Assembly: GCA_934254715.1 (NCBI GenBank)
Contig: CAKQLT010000002.1
Coordinates: 928-64,927, forward strand
Direction: 5' to 3'
Length of the DNA: 64,000 bases
DNA from: an uncultured Clostridia bacterium
GTDB taxonomy: Bacteria; Bacillota; Clostridia; Christensenellales; CAG-917
Part shown: piece after piece, positions 18,931-27,738 of the stretch
How the letters are laid out: every line of letters starts with the position of its first letter
Position numbering within the stretch: position 1 is the first letter of the stretch
Made by a program: the position numbers and the translations under genes
Notes under the pieces: generated by a model
Databases searched by the model: none
Seen by the model: only the letters and a program-made list of their open reading frames with translations
Told to the model about the DNA's origin: nothing

Positions 18931-19186
18931 ATTCCACCTTATGTATAAGATATACATAGTATAACACACGCGAAAAATCGTGTAAATAGACTATTTGTCA
19001 AATATTTGAAAAAATAATACAACAAACGAAATTTGTATGAATTTTTGGCGGTTTTGGCAGTAAAAAGAGACGATTTCAGTGCCGAAAAGCAGTCGTTTTT
19101 CGATAAAAAACAATCAATATCGATAAATTTGAAACGAAAGCAATCGATTGAAAGTTGCAAAAGTATTCGGAACGGATTTTTGCGGA

Positions 19187-19930
19187 TTATTTTGCGAGTT
19201 TTGCGGCTTTAAGCGCAAGCACTATGGGCGGAGTAATGAGCGAGAACGACACCACCTCGACGGCAAAGTTCACGCCGAACCACGCAAGCACGTATTCGAC
19301 CGTAACGACGGTGTTTTGCGCAATGGACGTGCCGTTGAAAAACAAAAGGGTGAATATCGCAACGAACAGTGTGTTGGTGACGACGCCGAGCGCGGCGGAA
19401 AAAGCGTATATAAACTGATTGGTCAATATCTCGCGCCCCTCTTTTTTCTTTTCGGAATCGCGATTTTTTTCGGCGTTATTTTGCGAAGTTGCGCCCTCGT
19501 TTGTCGCATTTTCGAGGGAAGAATCGAGGGTATTCTCATATGCGGTTTGGCGCATATATTCGTAATTGCACGTGCGTTTCATACGCGCGTAAAACGCGCA
19601 TTTTTGAAGTCCGTATCTCGTGAAATAGCAAACCACCGCAATGAGTATTCTCGGCACAATGCAAACGAGCGGATTTTGAAAAATCGGCGCGACGGGGGAA
19701 GCGGCTTTCGTGGTGAACCACGCGATATAGTTGACGAGCCCCATCATAATTCCCATTGCGAGCGAGGTTTTGAAAGAAGCGACTTGCGCAAGGATAATCG
19801 TCGGCAAAATCATAAGTGCAAGGGTTATCGTGCCGAACTGAACGGGGACGAAACAAAAGATTATCGTCAGCGCGAGCATAAGCGCGAGAAGGGTGATATT
19901 CTTGATGTTTTCAAGTCTTTTGCTTTGCAT
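19187..19930 (-). CDS. ECF-transporter S component-like membrane protein (substrate unknown)
   Basis: There are about six hydrophobic helices. The N-terminus LENIKNITLLALMLALTIIFCF is typical of vitamin ECF S components. An inserted hydrophilic loop of ~60 aa is present. Confidence 0.6.
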   Translation of the reverse strand: MQSKRLENIKNITLLALMLALTIIFCFVPVQFGTITLALMILPTIILAQVASFKTSLAMGIMMGLVNYIAWFTTKAASPVAPIFQNPLVCIVPRILIAVVCYFTRYGLQKCAFYARMKRTCNYEYMRQTAYENTLDSSLENATNEGATSQNNAEKNRDSEKKKEGREILTNQFIYAFSAALGVVTNTLFVAIFTLLFFNGTSIAQNTVVTVEYVLAWFGVNFAVEVVSFSLITPPIVLALKAAKLAK

Positions 19931-19973
19931 AATAACCTTAAACTTTTTATTTGCCGATTCGTTTGATAAATTG

Positions 19974-20002
19974 ATTATATGCTCTTATTCCGTCTTTGTC
20001 AA
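19974..20002 (-). promoter_or_regulatory. Consensus sigma-A promoter for the S-component gene
   Basis: The minus strand reads TTGACA (20002-19997), a 17-nt spacer, then TATAAT (19979-19974). Confidence 0.55.
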
Positions 20003-20205
20003 ACTTATATGATGGCGTAGTTTCTCGATTGCGAGCGATTCGTTTGCGATTGCAAAACGCGGCGTTTATATATTCAAAACGCAATAATAAAACCGCTTTT
20101 TTGACGATAAAAGTTTTGACATTTTTCGACGGCGTAAGAAATAATAGTGCTTTTTGCGCACCGAAAAAGAAAAATTCCGCACGACGGATTTGCTAAAATT
20201 GCGGT

Positions 20206-22500
20206 ATGAAAAACCATATTCTCACCGCCAAAAGAAAAGTGTTTCCGACTTTCGATTTGAAGATGAGCGCAAAAACGGCAGTTGCGTTCACTCTCGAAGG
20301 TCTTGCGTTATTCTTGTTTGCGAGCGTGCCGTCTTTCGGCTTTGCGTTTTCGCTCGCGCTGTTTTGCGCCCTCGTTTTCGCACGGCAAAATATACTTGCC
20401 GTATCGCCTTGCTTTATAGTCGCAAACGTCGTTTTCACGCCCGACTGGCGTATGCTTCTGTATGCGCTTGCCCCCGTCGTGATACTCGTTGCGCTGTATG
20501 CGATTTTCTACAAATTCCGCAAAAACGTGCCTCTTTGGTCGATTGCCCTTTGCGCGCTTGTCGGTATGATTCCCTACGTTGCGTGCGGTTGCGTTTTCGA
20601 CGGCGATTATTTAAGATTCGGACTGTCGGCGTTGTTTGCCGTCGTGACGACGTTTTGCGTCGGCATTTGCGCGTACGCGGTGTTCGTGCGCTCGATTCTG
20701 CACAAGGCAACCGTTGACGAACTCATTTGCGGCGGCATAACTCTCGCCGTCACGGGTTACGCGCTGTCGGGCGTTGGCGGTTACGGCTTTTACGCATACG
20801 GCGCGGCACTGTCTTTTTGCGTGCTGTTTTGCTCGGTTTGCTTCAAGCCGCAAACGACGCTTTTCGTGGGAATACTGCTCGGCGCGGGTATGAGCGTTGC
20901 AAGGTGGGATATGACCTATCTCGGCGCGGCGGTCGCACTCGCAACGGCGGCGGTTGCGTTTTCGCCGTTCACAAAGTGGTCGTCCGCTCTTGCAATCCTC
21001 GCAGTCGAGGGCATAGAGTGGCTTATCGAAGCGTATTCGGGCGCGGGGTGGCAATCGCTCGCGACGTGCGCCGTCGGCGTGGTTTGCGCGCTGTGTATCC
21101 CCTCGTCCGTAACCACCAAAATCAAAGGACTTGCGAAAGGGGATAACCGCAGAGCGTACACGGGCGTCGTGAACAGACGAGGCAGAGAACTCGCCGCAAG
21201 ACTATCGTCCGCTTCCGACGTGTTTTACGATATGTCCAAAAATCTCGAACAAGTTGCGCAAAACTCGTCCGAGTGTTCCCCCGACAAACTTGCAAAAGAG
21301 GTCGCGAAAAGTTTTTGCGGACGTTGCCGCGACAGAGAGATATGTTTCACCGCGCTCGGCTCGGACACGGCAAGCGTACTCTTGCCTATGGCGGACGCGG
21401 CGGTCAACAGAGGCAAGGTTACGATTCTCGATATGCCGCCGTTTGTGACGAGCAGATGCTCGAATATGCACTCGCTCGCCTCTGCGATAAACACGAGTGC
21501 CGAAGCGTACAAAAAGAGAATGAGCGAGGCAAAGAGCCTCGTCGCGTGCAAAAGTCTGATGTCCGAGCAGTTTGCGGGGGTTGCGCTCGTGCTGGATTCG
21601 CTTGCGACTTCTTGCGCCGAACAAGTCAATTTTGCTTCCGACGACGTGGAACTTCTAAAAAGCGAACTTCTCAAACACAACGTCGTGGCAAGCGAAATAG
21701 TGATATGCGGCGAAGGCTCGAAATCGAGCGCGACATTGCTCGTTCGCAATTCCGACGCGCAAAAAGCCGTCGTTGCGAAAATCGTATCGAAACATCTCGG
21801 TTGCAAAATGGAAGTGTCCAAAATTCAAGACAAAGGCTCGCAAAAGGCGATATATCTCGACTGCGCGCCCGTTTACGAAGTGGCGTTCGGCACTGCGCAG
21901 AAAAGATACGGCGAGGAAAGCGAAAGCGGCGACACCGTCAGCGTGCTTTGTCCGTCGAGAACGCGCCGACTTTTCGCCATTTGCGACGGTATGGGACACG
22001 GAAGCAACGCAAGCAAAACGAGCAAAAACGCCGTGCGTATGATTGAAAGTTTCTACCGCGCGGGCATAGATTCGGGCATAATTCTGAGCCTTGCCAACAA
22101 GTTGCTAAAAATAGGCGCGGAAGATATGTTTTCCTCTCTCGACATAGCGGTGCTCGATATGCAGTCGGGCGGTCTCGACGTCGTGAAACTCGGCTCGGCA
22201 AGCAGTTTCATCATTCGCAAAGAAAACATCGAAATGCTCACTTGCACTTGCGCGCCCATAGGAATCGTGGACGACGTTGAGAGTATAACGTCGCGCTATC
22301 AACTTTTCGACGGCGATATGCTGCTTATGATGAGCGACGGCGTATTCGACGTGCTCGACGGTTCGGGCGTTTGCGAAGCGATTGACGAAATCGACACGCA
22401 AAATCCCCAAACGCTTGCCGACGCAATCCTCGAAAAAGCACTGCAAAAGGGCGCAAACGACGATTGCACCGTGCTCGCAATGCGGCTTTTTATGGTGTAA
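20206..22500 (+). CDS. spoIIE: Stage II sporulation protein E (PP2C-type phosphatase with a polytopic membrane N-terminus)
   Basis: There are about 10 N-terminal TM segments. The C-terminal PP2C domain reads LFAICDGMGHGSNASKTS...MLLMMSDGVFDV...GANDDCTVLAMRL. The gene lies upstream of tilS-hpt, as in Bacillus. Confidence 0.9.
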   Translation: MKNHILTAKRKVFPTFDLKMSAKTAVAFTLEGLALFLFASVPSFGFAFSLALFCALVFARQNILAVSPCFIVANVVFTPDWRMLLYALAPVVILVALYAIFYKFRKNVPLWSIALCALVGMIPYVACGCVFDGDYLRFGLSALFAVVTTFCVGICAYAVFVRSILHKATVDELICGGITLAVTGYALSGVGGYGFYAYGAALSFCVLFCSVCFKPQTTLFVGILLGAGMSVARWDMTYLGAAVALATAAVAFSPFTKWSSALAILAVEGIEWLIEAYSGAGWQSLATCAVGVVCALCIPSSVTTKIKGLAKGDNRRAYTGVVNRRGRELAARLSSASDVFYDMSKNLEQVAQNSSECSPDKLAKEVAKSFCGRCRDREICFTALGSDTASVLLPMADAAVNRGKVTILDMPPFVTSRCSNMHSLASAINTSAEAYKKRMSEAKSLVACKSLMSEQFAGVALVLDSLATSCAEQVNFASDDVELLKSELLKHNVVASEIVICGEGSKSSATLLVRNSDAQKAVVAKIVSKHLGCKMEVSKIQDKGSQKAIYLDCAPVYEVAFGTAQKRYGEESESGDTVSVLCPSRTRRLFAICDGMGHGSNASKTSKNAVRMIESFYRAGIDSGIILSLANKLLKIGAEDMFSSLDIAVLDMQSGGLDVVKLGSASSFIIRKENIEMLTCTCAPIGIVDDVESITSRYQLFDGDMLLMMSDGVFDVLDGSGVCEAIDEIDTQNPQTLADAILEKALQKGANDDCTVLAMRLFMV

Positions 22501-22510
22501 TTTTTCGGGC

Positions 22511-22566
22511 GTGCACGGCAAAGCCGCAAAAAAAAATTAATAATTAATAATGAATAATTAATAATT
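22511..22566 (-). repeat. AT-box plus GC hairpin composite repeat, copy 3 (inverted orientation)
   Basis: The reverse complement of 22536-22566 is AATTATTAATTATTCATTATTAATTATTAAT. Its first 26 nt are identical to copy 2. The adjacent hairpin TGCACGGCAAAGCCGCA (22511-22527) belongs to the TGCGGCTTTGCCGCA family. Confidence 0.7.
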
Positions 22567-22961
22567 GCGGAAGGCGAAGCCTTAATCCGAATACATATTC
22601 GAAGGCTACTTGTACACGGAATGTGCGACTTCGAAGACGGAACACGAGCCGCAAGGCGGCGAGCCTATGAGCGCCGAACTTGACGAGCAGTACAAGCGAC
22701 TGCGCCGTCCGTTGGCCACTGCCTGGCGCACAAAGCGCAGTGGCATAATGAGAGAAATGTCCCTATCTATGTGAGTGCCGACTTCCCCTCTTGCGAACGA
22801 TGTGTAATCTTGCAGAGAATTGGCGCAAGTTTGAGCAATAGGGGAAAGCCCGAAGGGAAGGGGTGATGTGTTGTTTTAGAGTTTACGCCGTCAAACTTTT
22901 GTAGAGGAAGAACAAATTCCCGCTGATGAAAAGGCAATCTTAATTCCGGTGACATAATGTG

Positions 22962-22990
22962 TTGTGTTTTTCGTCCGTTTGCTGTATAAT
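22962..22990 (+). promoter_or_regulatory. Candidate promoter placing the tilS ATG at about +1 (leaderless candidate)
   Basis: TTGTGT (22962-22967), a 17-nt spacer, then TATAAT (22985-22990). The ATG is at 22997 and has no purine-rich RBS upstream. Confidence 0.35.
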
Positions 22991-22996
22991 TGCCGT

Positions 22997-24436
22997 ATGG
23001 CAAACGATATTCAAATAAATTTGAATAAGTTTTTTGAAAATCCGTCTTTTTCGGGCAAGAGAATAGGCGTTGCGCTCAGCGGCGGCAGAGATTCCGTCGC
23101 GCTTGCTTATGCGCTCAAAACGGCGGATATTCCTTTGATTGCAATCAATGTCGAACACGGAATAAGAGGCGAAAACAGCCTCAAAGACAGCAAATTCGTT
23201 GCGGATGTTTGCAAAAAATACGACGTTCCGCTGTTGAGTTTTTCGCTCGACGTTCCGTCGTTTTGCGAGGAAAACGGTTATACGACAGAGCAAGGCGCAC
23301 GCATTTTGCGATACGAGATTTTCGACAAGGTTCTTGACGAAGGCAAATGCGACTATATCGCGCTTGCGCACCACGCCGACGACCAAGCGGAAACGATTTT
23401 TATGCGCATAATCCGCGGTACGGGCGTTAGAGGTCTTTGCGGTATGAAAGAGGTGAGCGGCCGCTATATTCGCCCGCTTCTCAACTGCACGAGAGAGGAT
23501 ATAAACGCTTTCGTCGAACAAAATTCGCTTCCGTTCGTCGAGGACGAAACCAACGCCGATACGGCGTACACCCGCAATTTTATCCGCGCAGAACTTTCAA
23601 GAATCAAGGAAAAATTCCCGTATCTTTGCACGTCGGTGTCGAGGCTTTGCCAAAACGCAAACGAAGTTTGCGACTATATCGACCAAAACACGCCGAGTTT
23701 GAAACTCGAAAACGGCGAAGTCGCGGTGAACGTCGAGTATATGGACGGCTCGCTCGAAGGCAAGGAACTCGTGCTTAAAGCGGCAAAACTTCTCGGCGTT
23801 TGTCAAGATATAGAGCAACGCCATTTTCCGCTCGTGTTCGACCTTGCAAAAGCCCAAAACGGAAAAAGAATCGAACTTACGCACGGAATTTGCGTGCATA
23901 AAGAGGGCGAAAACCTCGTTTTTTCAAGGCAAAATTCAACTTGCGGCAATGCAGTCGATATGCCTAAAACGAACTTCGATGTGCGGGATTTCGACGACTT
24001 CGGCGTGTCGGTTAAGCGTTCGGACAGAAAAGAATACGAAGCGCAAAAGGGCAAAGGCGCGCTTTTTATAGACGGCGACAAAGTGGCGAAAAACGCCGTT
24101 TTGAGATACAGAAAAGACGGCGATTTTATTGAGAAATTCGGCGGCGGGTCAAAGAGCATAGGTGACTTTTTTACGGACAAGAAAGTGCCGCTGCGGAAAA
24201 GAGATTCGCTCGTGTTGCTTGCGAGCGGCAACGAGGTCTTGGCAGTCTTCGGCTTGGAAATTTCCCAAAAGGTCGCAATCGACGAAGATACGAAAAACGT
24301 ATTGAAACTTACGAAAAAAATAATCGGGTGTACCGAAAACGCACCAAAGAAATCATTATTATGGGGTATAGAAAAATGTACGGCAAAGAAATCAAAAAAG
24401 TTCTTATCGAACGTCAAGACATCGCAAAAAGAGTGA
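22997..24436 (+). CDS. tilS: tRNA(Ile)-lysidine synthetase
   Basis: The PP-loop is GVALSGGRDSVALA. The C-terminal TilS domain reads KSIGDFFTDKKVPLRKRDSLVLLASGNEVLAVFGLEIS. About 45 aa follow the usual end (…NVLKL) and run into hpt. Confidence 0.88.
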   Translation: MANDIQINLNKFFENPSFSGKRIGVALSGGRDSVALAYALKTADIPLIAINVEHGIRGENSLKDSKFVADVCKKYDVPLLSFSLDVPSFCEENGYTTEQGARILRYEIFDKVLDEGKCDYIALAHHADDQAETIFMRIIRGTGVRGLCGMKEVSGRYIRPLLNCTREDINAFVEQNSLPFVEDETNADTAYTRNFIRAELSRIKEKFPYLCTSVSRLCQNANEVCDYIDQNTPSLKLENGEVAVNVEYMDGSLEGKELVLKAAKLLGVCQDIEQRHFPLVFDLAKAQNGKRIELTHGICVHKEGENLVFSRQNSTCGNAVDMPKTNFDVRDFDDFGVSVKRSDRKEYEAQKGKGALFIDGDKVAKNAVLRYRKDGDFIEKFGGGSKSIGDFFTDKKVPLRKRDSLVLLASGNEVLAVFGLEISQKVAIDEDTKNVLKLTKKIIGCTENAPKKSLLWGIEKCTAKKSKKFLSNVKTSQKE

Positions 24437-24918
24437 GCGAACTCGGAAAGCAAATTTCAAACGACTATAAGGGCGAATCCGTCACGCTCGTTTGCACTTT
24501 AAGAGGCGCAAGTATCTTTTTTGCAGACCTCGTCAGAGAAATCGAAGGCGACGTCGTGATTGACTTCATCGCGGTTTCGAGTTACGGCTCGGGCACGAGT
24601 TCGAGCGGCGAAGTGAAGATGATAAAGGACTTGTCCGAACCCATCAAAGACAAAAACGTGATTATCGTCGAGGACATCATCGACACGGGAATCACGCTTT
24701 GCTATCTCAAGAAACTTTTGCTTGCGCGCGCGCCGAAATCCCTCAAAGTCTGCTCGCTTCTCGACAAGCCGTCAAGACGTAAAGTTGACTTCAAAGGCGA
24801 CTACATCGGCTTTGAAATCGAAAACGAATTCGTGGTCGGTTACGGTCTCGATTACGACGAAAAGATGAGAAACTTCAAAGACGTTTGCGTGCTTGCCCCA
24901 GAGGTCTACGGTGGCTGA
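24376..24918 (+). CDS. hpt: Hypoxanthine-guanine phosphoribosyltransferase
   Basis: MYGKEIKKVLIERQDI matches the usual HPRT N-terminus. The PRPP motif is VIIVEDIIDTGITL, followed by GYGLDYDEKMRN. The start could also be ATG 24361. The gene overlaps the tilS ORF by 61 nt. Confidence 0.88.
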   Translation: MYGKEIKKVLIERQDIAKRVSELGKQISNDYKGESVTLVCTLRGASIFFADLVREIEGDVVIDFIAVSSYGSGTSSSGEVKMIKDLSEPIKDKNVIIVEDIIDTGITLCYLKKLLLARAPKSLKVCSLLDKPSRRKVDFKGDYIGFEIENEFVVGYGLDYDEKMRNFKDVCVLAPEVYGG

Positions 24919-26272
24919 AAAAGAGGATAAACTCAAACTGCTTGCAAGCCTTATAAAGCCCTATGCGACCCTCTACGAAGTGGGCGGCGCGGTGCGTGAC
25001 GAATTGCTCGGCATAGAGCGGTTCGACATCGACGTTTGCTCGAAACTTAGGGTTGAAGACGTCAAAAAGATATTGTTAAACACCGATTTCGTCGTTTCGG
25101 ACAAAAATCTGCGAATGGGAACGGTGCATATATCTTGCGGAAAATTCGTGTGCGAATACACGACTTTTCGCACGGACAGTTACGACTCGGCAAGCGGCGA
25201 GCATACCCCCAAAGACGTTGCTTTCACAACGGATATGAGCCTTGACGCAAGGCGCAGAGATTTCAAATGCAACGCCTTATATAAGGACGTCGAAACGGGC
25301 GAAATCGTCGATTTGCTCGGCGGTATCGACGACGTGAAAAACAAAATCATATCCACCGCCGACGAGCCGAGCGTGGTGTTCGAGGCGGACGGACTTAGAG
25401 TCTTGCGTATGGTGAGATTCGCCGCCGAACTCGGATTCGAGGTTGAAAAAAACACCTTTGAAACCGCAAGAAAAAACGCGTGGCGCGTCAAAGATTTGGC
25501 GGTCGAGCGCGTGCGCGACGAGTTTGAAAAAATCCTCGTTGCCGACACGAAACATAAGGAACTCGGATTGAAAAACGCGCATATCAGAGGCGTTGAAATG
25601 CTCGACGAACTCGGAATCCTCGATATGCTTCTTCCAGAACTTGCAACGCTCAAAGGCGTGGAACAACCGAAGAAATATCACCTTTACGACGCTTTCAATC
25701 ACTCGCTCAAAGCCTGCGAGTATGCGCCGCCGAGATTGAGATTTGCCGCGCTGTTGCACGACGTGGGTAAGGCGGAAGCGATAAGGCAAAACGGAAATAT
25801 GCACGAGCACGCTCAAATAGGGGCGCAAATGGCGGACGAGATTTGCAAGAGATTCAAATTGCCGACCGCACAAAGAAAGAAAATCGTCAAACTCGTGGCG
25901 TTGCATATGACGGACATAAAAGGCGATACGTCTACGGCAAAGTTGAGACGATTCGTTGCGATAAACTACGACGTGATATTCGACCTTTGCGACCTTATGG
26001 ACGCAGACGCTATGGCTTCGTCGGGAAAAATCGACAGAGAAAACAGAATCCGAAATATTGCTATCGAAATGCAAAAGGACGGTTCGCCGCTGTCGGTGAA
26101 AGAGTTGAAAATAAACGGAAACGACCTCGTAAATCTCGGCGTGGACGAAAAATCGCGCGCTACGATTCTCAACGAGTTGTGGCTCGATACGGTTATGAAT
26201 CCCGTGCTCAACGACAGAGATAAGGCTCTTGCGTACGTCGAAAAATACGCCGAAAAAAGAATAAATCGATAA
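24911..26272 (+). CDS. cca: CCA-adding tRNA nucleotidyltransferase (PolyA_pol head plus HD domain)
   Basis: The GTG at 24911 follows AGAGG and overlaps the hpt stop (GTGGCTGA). The motifs are YEVGGAVRDELLG, DIDV and LLHDVGK (HD). Confidence 0.85.
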   Translation: MAEKEDKLKLLASLIKPYATLYEVGGAVRDELLGIERFDIDVCSKLRVEDVKKILLNTDFVVSDKNLRMGTVHISCGKFVCEYTTFRTDSYDSASGEHTPKDVAFTTDMSLDARRRDFKCNALYKDVETGEIVDLLGGIDDVKNKIISTADEPSVVFEADGLRVLRMVRFAAELGFEVEKNTFETARKNAWRVKDLAVERVRDEFEKILVADTKHKELGLKNAHIRGVEMLDELGILDMLLPELATLKGVEQPKKYHLYDAFNHSLKACEYAPPRLRFAALLHDVGKAEAIRQNGNMHEHAQIGAQMADEICKRFKLPTAQRKKIVKLVALHMTDIKGDTSTAKLRRFVAINYDVIFDLCDLMDADAMASSGKIDRENRIRNIAIEMQKDGSPLSVKELKINGNDLVNLGVDEKSRATILNELWLDTVMNPVLNDRDKALAYVEKYAEKRINR

Positions 26273-26302
26273 GTAAATCGGCAAGGAAAAAGACGACGAA
26301 AC

Positions 26303-26340
26303 GAAGAAAAATCAACGGTAAGAAGAAAAATCAACGGTAA
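26303..26340 (+). repeat. Exact tandem duplication of the 19-nt unit GAAGAAAAATCAACGGTAA
   Basis: The two units are 26303-26321 and 26322-26340. They lie inside a T-poor, purine-rich spacer (26281-26395) upstream of rmuC. Confidence 0.9.
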
Positions 26341-26397
26341 ACGGAAAGAATAAACGATAAGAAAACAAACAGAAAATACAAAGTAAGTGAGGCTGAT

Positions 26398-27738
26398 ATG
26401 ACAGGATTGTACGTTTTGATTGCGGTGTGCATCGCGCTATTAATCGCTTGCATTGCGATGTGCGTCCTTTTGCTCAAAAAAAGCGGCGAAAAATCCGCTA
26501 ATACCGAAATCGCGGGCGTTAGAGAGGAAAACGAAAGACTCAAAAACGAAATCGACACCGCTATGAAAATCAACAACTCTATGTTGCTCGGAACGCTCAA
26601 CGTTCAGTCCGAAAACATAAAGTCGGTGGGCGAGCGTATGGACAGATTCGTGCAAATCACGCAAAGAGGCTTGGAAGAAGTCAAGACCCAAACCGCTCAA
26701 AGCATAGCCGCGCTTCGCGTGGCAAACGAGCAAAGCATTGCGACTCTCACGGCTCTTAACGCAAACAGTATGAAAGAGATGAAAGAGGACAACGCAAAGC
26801 AACTCGAAAAAATGCGCGAAACCGTCGACGAAAAACTCAGCGCGACCCTCGAAACGAGATTCAATCAGTCCTTCAAAATCGTCAACGACAGGCTCGAAGA
26901 AATCAACAGAACTTTTTCCGAACTTCAAAACTTACAGACGGGCGTCAACGACCTCAACCGCATTTTCAAAAACGTCAAAACGCGCGGGACGTGGGGGGAA
27001 GTGTCGCTTGAAAATCTGCTTGCGCAAATCCTCGCGCCAGAACAATATCAAAAGCAAGTGCGCATAAAGAGGGGAAGCGAAGATATGGTGGATTTTGTCA
27101 TTCGTATGCCGGGGAAGGGCGACGAAGAAGTGTTGTTGCCCATTGACGCAAAGTTTCCCGTCGAGGACTACGCGCGCCTCGTCGAAGCGTCCGAAAAGGG
27201 CGACCCCGACGGCGTGGAAGCGGCAAGCAAGGCTCTCGCGGCTCGCGTGAAAGGCGAGGCTATGAGCATAAGAGACAAGTACGTCAATCCGCCCAAAACC
27301 ACCGATTTTGCGATTATGTATCTTCCCACCGAGGGCTTGTACGCAGAGATTATCAAACGCGAAGGTCTTGTCGAGGACATTCAAAACAAGTTCAGAATCG
27401 TAGTGTGCGGACCGACCACCATTGCGGCGTTGCTCAACAGTTTGCAAATGGGATTCAGAAGCGTCGCAATCGAAAAACGAAGCACCGAAATAGGCAAACT
27501 TTTGCAAGGATTTATGAGCGATTTCGCGCTGTTCACGAAGTACTTAAAGCAGACGGGCGACCGTTTGGACACCGTGAAAAAGTCGCTTGAAAACGCCGAA
27601 GAACGCACGAGAATCATCGGCAAAAAACTCAACAAAGTCAACAGCCTTTCCGACGAGAAAGGACCTGATATGGAACAACTTATAGCGTCGTCTACGGATG
27701 ACGAAATCACGTTTGAGGACGGAACGTATGAAGGCTGA
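26398..27738 (+). CDS. rmuC: DNA recombination protein RmuC
   Basis: There is an N-terminal TM helix, then a long coiled coil, then the RmuC core RGTWGEVSLENLL...IDAKFP...AIMYLPTEGLY. Confidence 0.85.
   Translation: MTGLYVLIAVCIALLIACIAMCVLLLKKSGEKSANTEIAGVREENERLKNEIDTAMKINNSMLLGTLNVQSENIKSVGERMDRFVQITQRGLEEVKTQTAQSIAALRVANEQSIATLTALNANSMKEMKEDNAKQLEKMRETVDEKLSATLETRFNQSFKIVNDRLEEINRTFSELQNLQTGVNDLNRIFKNVKTRGTWGEVSLENLLAQILAPEQYQKQVRIKRGSEDMVDFVIRMPGKGDEEVLLPIDAKFPVEDYARLVEASEKGDPDGVEAASKALAARVKGEAMSIRDKYVNPPKTTDFAIMYLPTEGLYAEIIKREGLVEDIQNKFRIVVCGPTTIAALLNSLQMGFRSVAIEKRSTEIGKLLQGFMSDFALFTKYLKQTGDRLDTVKKSLENAEERTRIIGKKLNKVNSLSDEKGPDMEQLIASSTDDEITFEDGTYEG

Noticed and set aside
20117-20145. 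Spo0A boxes or a defined promoter for spoIIE.
   Set aside because: TTGACA at 20117 has no convincing -10 at the correct spacing. The only 0A-box-like sequence (CGTCGAA on the minus strand) has a mismatch to TGTCGAA. This is too weak to annotate.
22567-22960. RNase P RNA, tmRNA, SRP RNA or a cobalamin riboswitch in the spoIIE-tilS gap.
   Set aside because: On the minus strand, GAGGGGAAGTCGGCACTCACATAG resembles the RNase P P4 5' strand, and ACAAGTAGCCTTC resembles the 3' strand. However, they are only ~165 nt apart, far too close, and the P4 pairing is imperfect. There is no tRNA-like 3' end (GGTTCGA..CCA) for tmRNA and no GGUCCGGAAGGAAGCAGC core for SRP RNA. GCCACTG resembles a B12-box fragment, but the GGUG..AAUCC core is absent and the element order is wrong.
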